Assembly: GCA_049999805.1 (NCBI GenBank)
Contig: JBNGIO010004204.1
Coordinates: forward strand, 1-64,000
Direction: 5' to 3'
From: Folioceros fuciformis
Taxonomy: Eukaryota
DNA length: 64,000 nucleotides
Shown: piece by piece, positions 1 through 10,191 of the stretch
Numbering within the stretch: position 1 is the first letter of the stretch
How the letters are laid out: the number at the start of each line of letters is the position of its first letter
Notes under the pieces: generated by a model
What the model saw: the letters and a program-made list of their open reading frames with translations, nothing else
Databases searched by the model: none
What the model was told of the DNA's origin: nothing
Translations under genes and position numbers: made by a program

Positions 1-466
1 CCCTTATATCCAGGAGCAAGACATCACCTTTCCTCGGGACATGACCACTACCATGTAAGACGTTTGGGTTACTCACCCGTATATTAAACCTAACATGGCC
101 ATCCGATTTCCAAGTGATGAGAACACAAACAAAATCATGTGTAGGTTTCAGAAGCAACGAATCTGATACAAATAAGAATGTGGTTGCTACGGAGAGACAT
201 CCTTCGTCTTATCTCAACAACCGAAAATCAGGTGGTCGGAAGCTGTCACGCCAGTAATGCGATTTACAGCTAGCCACGAAGGTGGGCACTTTCGCTCCGG
301 AAGAAGAGCAAAACGAGCCAGAATTCAGCTGTCCCAAAGCGAGCAGCAAATCTGTACGGAAAAATGATCTCAGAGGAACTAGAGCATGGTGATACAGAAC
401 AGCATTCCTGCAAGAGATGCCTTGACTGGGGTGAACCCGAGATAAAGATTCACGAAACACCTCTCG

Positions 467-1678
467 TCACGAGTGTTTAGAGGTGCCACTGCTAGTAGAA
501 CTCGCTCCTTTCACGACACCAACATCAACTGCTCTGCTTGTGACATCCAAATCCCGCTTCCACCACTGGACAAGGCCGTGAGACTCCATGAAACTGTTGC
601 CTGATGTGCAGACATGCAAGTACGCCGAGGGCACCAGATGCATAGGTTCGCCTTTGCTCGAAAGCAGCAACCCTGCTGCAGAGAAAGGGGCAGTACGAGA
701 AGACAGATACGCTCCCAGCCCAGTTTTCCCCACCTCTGTGTCACTCAGAAAGAAGTCCACACAGCCAGACAAGAACCCTCCCATCTTAGTCTTAGCAAGG
801 TCTGCGTGTCTCTGAAAGTACTCCACATACCCGGAACAAACAGGGTCTCGCATGTTCACATACAGGTAAGGTCTCCATCCTTGCAGAAGCCCAAACTCCT
901 CATACGCTTTATTCCTACTTCCCTCGTCCTTGACGTACTGGCTGAGCCCAACAGCAGCCACAGATTTCACAAACTGGAACACCTTGTGTGCATCCTCACC
1001 CCACAACTCCCGCAAGGAGAGAGTTGAGAAGGGCGGGTTGAACAAGTGGGACTCTATCCGCTGCCCAGACAAGGCCAACGTTCTGGCCACCATGAGCCCC
1101 AGAGCTGCACCAAGCGAGTGACCACAAATGCAAATCTTGCTGTGGCCGTACTTCTCCACTGCGTTTGTCACCACTCGCAGCGTGTCACCGAACCGCGTGG
1201 TTTCGTGAAGCAGGTGCTGCAAAGCCATGCCGTCATGGTACAAGTCGCTCTTCAGCCTTAAGTCCGTTCCCCGCAGGGCAATCACAACCTTGGGTGCCTT
1301 GGGCGGACGCAATAACCGCGACCTGTGATCCCACTCATACACTGCCAAATCAATGCGAGGCGCCCTCTCCTTCGACTCGTCTCCCTTGCCCATCAATTTC
1401 GCCAATTCCACCACCTTGTAGTGGAATGACCTCCACCACGAGCTTGTCGTAGCCGACCCTTGCACCTTCTGCTGCCGGTCCGCTTCCAACATGTACACGC
1501 CATTCACAAGGCAGGCGAAAATCCTTCTCCGGTCGACTGCATCATCCCAGCTCAGAGAGGAAGCCACAGCTGCCGGCCCTTCTGCCAGCTGAATTTCGGG
1601 GCCGGCTGCCATTGCGGAATCATTCAAGCGGGTAGAGAGGATCGTCCCAACGAAGAGCAGCACGAGAAGACCATTCAT
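467..1678 (-). CDS. Class-3 lipase / alpha-beta hydrolase, At4g10955-like, intronless (403 aa; true start may be the second Met, MAAGPE)
   Basis: Single ORF with lipase nucleophile motif GHSLG, 'VIALRGT', 'HLFNPPF', 'LYVNMRDPVC' and 'HGLVQWW'. The N-terminal 'W...RRRIFACLVNGVYMLEADRQ' is typical of the plant At4g10955-like family. Confidence 0.85.
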   Translation of the reverse strand: MNGLLVLLFVGTILSTRLNDSAMAAGPEIQLAEGPAAVASSLSWDDAVDRRRIFACLVNGVYMLEADRQQKVQGSATTSSWWRSFHYKVVELAKLMGKGDESKERAPRIDLAVYEWDHRSRLLRPPKAPKVVIALRGTDLRLKSDLYHDGMALQHLLHETTRFGDTLRVVTNAVEKYGHSKICICGHSLGAALGLMVARTLALSGQRIESHLFNPPFSTLSLRELWGEDAHKVFQFVKSVAAVGLSQYVKDEGSRNKAYEEFGLLQGWRPYLYVNMRDPVCSGYVEYFQRHADLAKTKMGGFLSGCVDFFLSDTEVGKTGLGAYLSSRTAPFSAAGLLLSSKGEPMHLVPSAYLHVCTSGNSFMESHGLVQWWKRDLDVTSRAVDVGVVKGASSTSSGTSKHS

Positions 1679-1935
1679 ATGTAGCGCAACGATTCACAAG
1701 GATGCGAAGGTACTGAGAAGGAAAGCGGACGCGGGGAAACAAGTGGTCGACATCGGCCATTACAAAGACAAGCGATCCTAGAAGCTTTTCTGTTATGGGA
1801 CCGGTGTGGGCTAACAAAGTGACCCCGTACCGTTGACCGCCAGCACGCGTTTGCTACTAGTACACAATTTGGCTACCTTTCACCCGGGACCATCAAGGAG
1901 TGTTTGTACAAAACTGGGAAGGTTCCTGTCCGAAG

Positions 1936-4900
1936 CTAAGACATGATTTGTAGGGCTTCCCTGGTTTTACCGAGAACGTTCAGGGCAGTGGCTGCGATGT
2001 GTTGGGACGTTAGGCCGGCCTCGGCGAACTGGTCCTTGGGAGCCCCGTGGTCGATGTAACGGTCAGGGAGGACAAGGGGTCTCCACTGCACAGGACAGAA
2101 ACAGGTGGGGGAACTGTTAGACAACTGGTTGCAACTTGCTGCTGAAGGATGCCGAAATAGCAAGACGAGAAGGATGTAGGACCTTGAGTTTCCCGTCAAG
2201 GAGGCCGTCGAGAGCCATGAACTGCACCACGTGGGAGCCGAATCCTCCTATGGAACCTTCTTCCACGGTGATGAGGACTTCGTGTTCTCGTGCAAGTTCT
2301 CTGATGAGTTCACGGTCCAGTGGCTTGCAGAACCTGGCATCGGCAACCGTGACCGAGATGCCGCACTGCACCAGCATTCTCTCTGCGGCAAGACAGTGCT
2401 GTACCATGGTTCCATATCCGAGAAGGGCAACTTGCGTTCCCTCCGCTAAGACTCTCCCCCTGCCGACCTGTGTGGAAAACGGAGCCTGAGTGGATGAGTA
2501 CGAGAGGGAGTGGGAAAAACGGTGAGGTTTAGGGTTTCGAGCTTAGGGTTTGGGGAGGGTTACCTCCAAGGGCACACCCTTGTTTCCGGGTGGGAGTTCC
2601 ACGCCGACGCCATTGCCTCGTGGGTATCGGAAACAGCTTGGACGGTCGTCGATGGCGGCAGCCGTGGCCACCATGTGGAACAGCTCGGCCTCGTTCGAGG
2701 GCGCCATGACCACCATGTTGGGGAGGCAGGCCATGTAAGTCACATCAAAAGATCCAGCATGGGTGGGGCCATCCGCTCCCACAAGCCCAGCTCTGTCCAT
2801 GGCAAACCGGACAGGGAGCTTCTGGAGGTCGACGTCATGGATCACCTGGAAGCATAGCACGAGAGCCGAGATGAGACGGGATGTTCCATACAGAACACAC
2901 TGGTACCAGTGCGTGAAGTCAGGGTTGTACGTACCTGATCATACGCTCGTTGCAGGAAGGAGGAGTAAATTGCACAGAAAGGTTTCAAGCCCTCACAGGC
3001 AAGTCCTGCGGCAAAAGTGACGCCATGCTGCTCGGCTATACCGACGTCGAAACAACGCTCCGGGAATCTCTTGTGAAACATGTTGAGGCCCGTGCCACCA
3101 CCCATGGCAGCGTGGATTGCCACGATGTTCTTATCCACTTCGGCCTCGGCAATGAGAGCCTCGGCGAAGTAGGTGGTGTAGGCTTGCGTCAAGGTCTTCC
3201 CCTTAAACTGCCTGCCTGTTGCCGGGTCGAATTTGACCACACCTGAGAAGGATGAAATGGAAATGCAGCTGCTGGTTAGGTCCGGCCTGGATAAGAGGCA
3301 TAGTTCAGGTAGGCTGACGGCATGACTTGAGGCCGAGCTTACCGTGATACTTGTCTGCAGCCCGTTCGGCATATGGGTAGCCTCTGCCCTTCTCCGTGAC
3401 CAGATGAATCAACACAGGCCCTACTGTGTGTGTGGACTTGACTTCTCGAAGAATCGTGATGAGATCCTGTATGTTGTGCCCATCCACTGGACCGATGTAG
3501 TACAGCCCTAGCTCCTCGAACAAAGTAGACCCGGACCCGCTGATCATCCCACGAGCATACTCGTCAACCTTGGCTGCGAGCTCGTGCATGGGTCCTCCCA
3601 GCTGCTTGGTCACACCCTGCGAGCAACAACGGAGGAAAGGTCAACCCACCACATCCCTGAAGCTCGTCCCTCCCACTCAGATGCCACCAAGTCCTCTTCC
3701 TACCTTGGCGACTTCTCGAAGCTCCCGAAGCGGCCTGCTGGACTGCAGCTTGCTGAGGGCACTGCTGAGAGCCCCCACCGGCGGGGCAGGCCCGTCCAAG
3801 GTGGCTGTGGGAAGGGACACCTGCTTGTTGTCATTCAAGATGACGATCATATTGGAGTCCAAGTAGCCCGCGTTGTTCATTGCCTCGTACGCCTGGCCGG
3901 CCGTCATGGCCCCATCCCCGATAACCGCAATCACATGGTTCCTCTTCCCCTTGAGATCTCGACCGACGGCCATGCCTGCAGCCCATGCTCGCATCAGTCA
4001 GCACCATCACACCTCGACTACAGAGCATGAAGAGCAACACGAAGGGCAGTGAGATCCATTTAATTACCCAAGGCTGCGGATATGCTGGTAGAGCTGTGCC
4101 CTGCTCCGAACGCATCGTACTCGCTCTCCGCGCGCTTGGTGAAGCCGGACAAGCCACCCGTCTGCCGCAAAGTGTGCATCCGGTGCCTCCTCCCAGTGAG
4201 GATCTTGTGGGGATAGGCCTGCCATCACCATTCCAGCCATGAGACAAAGGTCGCAGGCTAGCTGGGACATACAATGCGCCCCTCCCCTCGCAACACCCAC
4301 CTGGTGACCCACGTCCCACAAAATCCTATCCTCCGGAGTGTTAAAAACATGGTGCAGAGCCACGGTGAGCTCCACCACGCCAAGACTGGACCCCAGATGA
4401 CCCCCGGTCCTGGACACGGTGAAGATAGTCTCGGAACGCAGTTCATCCGCCAGCTGCCTCAGCTCCTGCCACACAGCCCAGTCCACCACTTGTGAGCTCC
4501 AAACCCACAGAACTCCTCCCAAATCCACGGCAAAACCAATTCCAACGACGACGCACTCTGGGAGACAGATTCTTCATGTGTATCGGAAAATTGATGGTAT
4601 CCAGCAACGGAGTGGGCGGCTTCTCCGAAACATACTCTCCGCCGTCCGTGATGGCCGCAACAATCCACCCGCCCCGCTGCACCCACCACCACCCCAGTCA
4701 GAACCCACAATCCCCACCACGAGCTCCACCCGACCCACGCACACCCACCATGGACGCCCTCCTGGGAGCCGCACACCACGCGCATTTGAGCCAGGCGAGG
4801 CCATGCCCCAGCCCGGCGCTGTCCTTGCATGCAAGCGAAGAAAAGGCGAGCCGGAGCGAGCTCCCGGGCAACACCCGGGCGCGTGCCGCCTCGGGCTGCG

Positions 4901-4943
4901 GCAGGGCCACAGAGCGCGCTCCCGCGCCGGCAAGAGTCGCCAT
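1936..4943 (-). CDS. DXS: 1-deoxy-D-xylulose-5-phosphate synthase (MEP pathway), about 10 exons, with an Ala/Ser/Arg-rich putative plastid transit peptide
   Basis: Motifs '[19 protein letters not shown]', '[14 protein letters not shown]', 'WDVGHQ', TPP-binding '[16 protein letters not shown]', 'FDVGIAEQH' and '[15 protein letters not shown]'. Exons read by eye: 4943-4749, 4676-4557, 4465-4301, 4218-4068, 3975-3704, 3616-3343, 3242-2935, 2845-2564, 2467-2183, 2085-1936, all GT-AG. The first exon is the least certain. Confidence 0.96.
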
Positions 4944-6048
4944 TTCCGCCTCACAACGCAGCGCGCAGCTCCGCCAAGGGCTTCATGCACCCAGCCAGGC
5001 CTTGGCCTGGGCCTGGGCGATGGCGATGGCAATGCGCCGGTGGCCGTGCGCGCCCGGTGGCTGGGCGCCACCAGTCACGGGTCTCGCACTGGCTCAGCAC
5101 CAGCAGAGCGTCCCGCACAGCCACAAGGACTGTGGCACCGCAAAGGACGAAGAAGCAGGGACTGAGAACTCGGGAGCCGCCCCGTCTGCACCTTTGGGCG
5201 CGGCCGGCGGTAGGCCGAAACGAATCGCCGGTCCTCGGGCAGGACAGGATTCCTGAACTTGAGCTTAATCGCAGTTGCAGCGGACACAGCGGACTTCTTC
5301 ATTTGCCCTGGCTCCCGTCCGGTCCACCATTATCCCTGGGGCCTACGCCTCTGCTCCTCATTGGCTCCCCTGCCCTACGCCACCGCCGTCCCCAACCCAT
5401 GGCGTGCCTGCCCGCCGCCCCCCCCTGAAATTCACGACCCGTCCTCACCCCGATTGAAGCCAAGCCTTGCCTCGCCTTGCCTTGCCTTGTCTCGCCGTGC
5501 CGTGCAATTTCAGGCACCGGTCTTATACCTCGTCTCCAATCCCAACCCCCCATACCCACCAAAAGGGGCCTTCTTCTGGCCATCTCACCACCACACCATC
5601 ATCCTACGTACATACGCCCCTATACTGCACTAACTAAAAGTTCAAGGAACGAGCTGCCATAAAAAAAGATCACCTCAAACAATGTTCCTCACTATCTTTG
5701 GGAGGACGTTAATAATCATTTTTATAAAGATTTATATAGTAAGTTTATATTTTAAGCTTTAAGTATATATATAAGTTTAAAATTATCCTTTATATATATG
5801 TCTTAAACCAGATGATGGAAAGAAATCAATCTACTGAAGGACAACCAAAGGAGGAATACAAGAACGTAATGGGAAGGAGCAAATGGTTTTGCTAACATAC
5901 GGTAAAATGACATGCCCTGTTTAGTAGGCCTGGACAACCCATACGGATTGGGACTCACATATTTCGCTCTCACTAGAGTGTACACTGTAATAATATGTGC
6001 ACGAACATCACAACTTCACAACCTCGAGAGGAATAATATTGGACGTAG

Positions 6049-6225
6049 CATGGTACATTTGTTCGAACAACTTGTACTTAGGCTTAAGCACGGATTGTGA
6101 AATATGCACAGTAGACTTTGTATGGTACATTTGTTCTAACAACTTGTACTTGCATGAACCTTGAGAAAGAAAGATATAGATGTATATATCTAGACTTCGT
6201 ATGGTACATTGGCTCAACAACTTAT
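6049..6225. repeat. Three spaced copies of an approximately 30-bp motif (ATGGTACATTTGTTC..ACAACTTGTACTT), period about 72-80 bp
   Basis: Copies begin at about 6049, 6122 and 6201; the third is the most diverged. Confidence 0.75.
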
Positions 6226-6286
6226 GTTGTCCTTAACACATGCACGAATTGTCCCTGATTCTCATTCAGATTTCTGTCCTTGTGTT

Positions 6287-6410
6287 CTTTAGATTCACAC
6301 CACCAGCATGGTCCTTAGATTCACACTAGGACCATGTTCCTTAGATTCACACCATGAATGTGTTTCTCTAATTCATACCATGATCGTGTTTCTGGGATTC
6401 ATATCACGAT
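6287..6410. repeat. Degenerate tandem repeat with a unit of about 26-27 bp (TTAGATTCACAC...CATG), about 5 copies
   Basis: 'cttagattcacac'-like core recurs about every 26 bp with progressive decay. Confidence 0.7.
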
Positions 6411-6559
6411 AGTGTACGAAAAGAATCTAAATAGACAAACATTATTTATATCGAAGCTTTAGTTTTTAGTCTTTTTCTAATATAGACATAACTAGCCAAG
6501 ATAATTGTAGCATTCTTTCCACATTTTTCCTCTTATAAACCACCTTGACACAAGTCTTC

Positions 6560-7275
6560 AAAAACTTGACCATAGGTCTCAATGGCAAGAAGGATAAAGA
6601 TGTGGCCAACCTAGAGAGGGGGTGTAGTTGTCAATCTTAGCCAATTCGCTCAACTTTACTGCCCAACCAGTAGAATGAAGAACAACATGGTTGTAAACCG
6701 AGACCTGTGTAGGATTAGTTACAATCATGTTAGCAATAGAAGCTTGTTGTTCTTCTTGGATGAGGAGAAAAGGTCGGCACGTAGAGTGTATGGCCTTATT
6801 ACATAGAGTGTATGCCATCTTGCACAACGTTGTGTATAATAGTCCGTTGACCTCACATTGGATAATGGACAAGATGAATATGAAGTTGTCTAGTGGCGCC
6901 TCACAATTGCAAGAAGAGAGACAGCATGCCAAAGCTTGGAGCAATCTAAGGTGAAACCTCACTACGATAGAGAGTGTTGTTATGTGATTTGCAAAGTCTA
7001 GATGCTAGGTTGAGCCAAAGAGCCAAGAATTTGTGCCCTTTATTGAGCACGAATAGAGCCATGCTTGAATAGGCCTAGGGATAGAAGAATTCTGAAGACT
7101 GAGCTGCACCTGCTCATATGTCTTCTCAAGAATAGAAGCTTGGAGCCCTTGAATCTCCACCGCAAGAAGAGATGAAAATTGAGGTATAATAATCCTAACC
7201 ATAGAAGAAAGAGAGTCCCTAGCTAAGAGATCTGCAAAGGGTGGGCACGAGATTCCAAAATGGAAGCATCATAGA
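6560..7275 (-). mobile_element. Decayed 3' portion of a CRE/SLACS-like non-LTR retrotransposon (zinc finger plus restriction-like endonuclease region)
   Basis: The minus-strand translation, with stops and frameshifts, gives 'AWLYSCSIKGTNSWL', 'RFHLRLL...SCNCEAPLD', 'GQRTIIHNVVQD' and 'IANMIVTNPTQ...LAKIDNY'. This matches from memory the order of motifs in RLE-type elements: ARLLS.SG.GAGAWL, C.CG..D, GER...HD.VRD, DV...DPT and K...Y. Confidence 0.65.
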
Positions 7276-10191
7276 TAAAGGAAATGGGAAGAAAAAAAAA
7301 AAGGAGCTGAAAGGCTCAACTCCCCAAGAAATGGTGTCGATGCCAATATCTCCATTGCAAGCAAACCAATGCCTCTAAACAAGATTGGATGAAATGTTTC
7401 TTGCCTTGCAAAATCCTGGCGTGGCACTCAAAAGTACCACAGCCCATTATATCAGCAAAAACCTGCACGATCCTATTGCCGATGCTTCTCAAACTTGCTA
7501 GAAATGTCAAAGAGGGTGCTGTCTGCAGAAGGTATCCTGACATGCACAAAACACAAGAAAAACAGTTATAAGTCCCCTAAATCTTATGTAAATGCATACT
7601 TTATTATGAGCTAACACTCATATTCCATGAACCATGCAAGGCAAGGCATCCTTGCATTGCATAGGTGTACTCGTATGTTCAACCTATAGTTGTTCCTTAT
7701 TACAGGTTTTATTTTAATTCCTCGCTTCTTGGGACGGCATGTCATCTATGTAGTTTTCTCTTTTCCTTGGTCCTGTCCAGCATGATGTTGTGTTGTCGAG
7801 AAGTCCCCTTCCGAACTCTAATTGGCAACTCGGAGTTCGGTTTCCTGGAGCTACGACTGCAGCCAATTTTTATGCTTTTAAGATCCCTCATGGTGAGTAT
7901 CCAACTAGTTGCGATTGATTTTCTGGGTGTGACTGGAAGCCTGGGCCGGTCTGCCACCTACTTCATGGGGCATGGTCAGGGAGTGGGCCTGGAACGACTT
8001 TGCTGCGGCTGTTGCTGTGCTCGGGGGTTGGGCAGTCTCATCCAAGCTCTCTGCTTCAGCGCTGGTTCAGAGTCTAGCTGAAGTGCTATTTTCTTTTGCA
8101 CGGTATCTGTGCACTTGTGGAATGGAAGAAACCCTTGTTAAAACAGGCCGTCCCGGATTTCTGAGGAGACCACGCTTTCCCTGCCCCATTTCTGACAGTA
8201 GCTGCAAGAACTACATGGACTTGGGGTTCATATCCATGACGGATGTCAAGATGGTTCTTTGTAATGGCCTCGACGAATCGACTTCTTCAAGGCTCTCCTT
8301 GGACAATGTGATATCTCTCCGTGCACGAGGAGTGGGGTGGTGGTGCCCCCACCCCTTCTTTCGTGTAGTCTCTCACTCATGGCTGGAGGAGGTGGCCTAG
8401 GTTCCTTAATGTTCCCTATGCTTTGTTGTTCTTGATTACCGTTTCCAAGTCCAGGACCTTGCAAACTTTCTTATGCTGGTGTTGGGTGTTTCGGGGGCCC
8501 TACAGGCTCTGCCTACCTGGTGCTGTTCCTAGTTCCCTCTCAGACTTATTTTCGTTCTGTTCATCCCACGTCTCAGACGACATTGTAATCTCCCATTATG
8601 AATCTTGTCCATTCATCGGCAAAAGAAATGTACCCTGAGCTGTACATGAAACGTTCCCTGACTTAGATGCCAGTTTGACAACAATAAGCTCGGCCTGGAA
8701 ATCCCCTCAGAAAGCTGGAAGGATCACAGTGGAAGCGAAGTTGAGAGCCTTTGCCGGGCGTTCTCGTGCTCACAAAGCGGTGTCATATGGGTGTTTGCGC
8801 ATCCCATTTTGTGTCAACCAGTTCGACTCAGGAGGGGATGATGGGTAGGTAGTGTGATCGATGCTCACGGTTGTTACAACTCTTCAATTACGTCTGATGC
8901 AGTCATCCGCGACGTTTCTTCCTGTCAACGAGACGTGGACGAGGATGCAATGCGACTACGACTCCTGAGGCAAATTGCACATTTCCGGGTCTCTTTCTTG
9001 CAAGTAGGCACGCCACCTCCGGGGACAAGTATCCGAAGCTGCAAAGAAAGCTGCAAATTATTAACGCAGATGACAGCATCAGTGTAATTGAGGAGCGTTA
9101 ATGTTGTCTCGTTAATCCTATTGGCCTTTCTCGACTCGTGACCTAGGCTCAACGCAGAATACCAACGCAGCACCATTTCTTACCTGTCGGGCTATCCTTG
9201 CTGTGAGCTTGCCTCAGATGTCGACAAGCAGCACTTGCCACACTTGCATTGGCGTATGCAGAGACTCAAGAAGCTGCGGCATGAGTTCTCGAGGCTAACG
9301 GAGGGTGCGAACCCTAGCTCTGCAGAATCACAGTAAACGAAGGCACGGCTAGATCCTGAGCAGAGAGCTGAATCCACCATCAAGAAGAGGTGCTCAGATT
9401 AGAGGCAAACAACTGAAAACCTGGAGCCATCATCAGAGACATGACGACGATGCCGCGCGTACATGCAAGATAAAAAGTGAAATGGATTCATTTTCAACCA
9501 GAAGCTGCGACACATGGGAAAGGGTGACGACTTGTCTTGTCCGGTACTCCGAGGTGTCAAGACAGTCCGTTTCTTATTTCAATTTGTAGGTTTGGTAGAG
9601 CGGTAGGTGGTCAATTCGTGATCAAAAACAATTGCAAAGAAAGCATTTGAGCGTGGTGCAGGAGGCAGGTGTTCTCTGTTGGCATTTTGCAGACACAAAG
9701 CCACCGATCTTGACCGACATGTACAGCCTCTGGAGTAAACTGGATGCTCGGCATCGGCGGCCAGTAGGAGCCGAGGAAAATCCGCATTGCAGCCAACCCA
9801 AGTTGAAGAGGTTTTGTTTACACGAAGTGAAGGAAGCCGCTCGCCCATGTGATCCCCATTGACCCATCCTGGCAAATGGAAATAGCCCACCCAGATTTTT
9901 CTCACTTATGACTAGCTACTTTACAAGTGTTCCTGCAATGTTTGCTGTGAGCACCGTCTCGTTCGTCAGGCAGGAAGAACGGAAGCCCAGACCAGCGTGC
10001 GGTGAGTGATCAATGAAATGCGTCTGCCATGGTTCATGCTTTCCATGGATTGCTTGCTACCTTGCTTGCAAACCAGTGGGCGAAATTTGGGGGGTTTGAC
10101 AGGCAGGCTTGGCTTGGCTTCTCGCTTCCTTGCTTGGGGACCTGGGATGACTGTTGTGTGGTTTCTCTGGCAGGCTAGCTAGGCTTGCGCG

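Noticed and set aside
2528-2552. Telomere-like TTAGGGTTT motifs in a DXS intron (also AACCCTAA elsewhere)
   Set aside because: Isolated telo-box-like hits are common in plant genes, and this is not a telomeric array.
4419-5633. Several long overlapping ORFs (up to 254 aa) around the DXS 5' end
   Set aside because: These are Pro/Arg/Ala-rich shadow frames caused by very high GC content, antisense to or overlapping the DXS leader, with no domain motifs.
6049-6225. Spaced repeats of about 30 bp superficially resembling a CRISPR array
   Set aside because: The context is eukaryotic, there are only three degenerate copies, the spacers are partly similar to each other and no cas genes are present.
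7665-9900. Short ORFs between the non-LTR relic and LOX
   Set aside because: No recognisable motifs or coherent exon chain; this may be decayed sequence but cannot be called.
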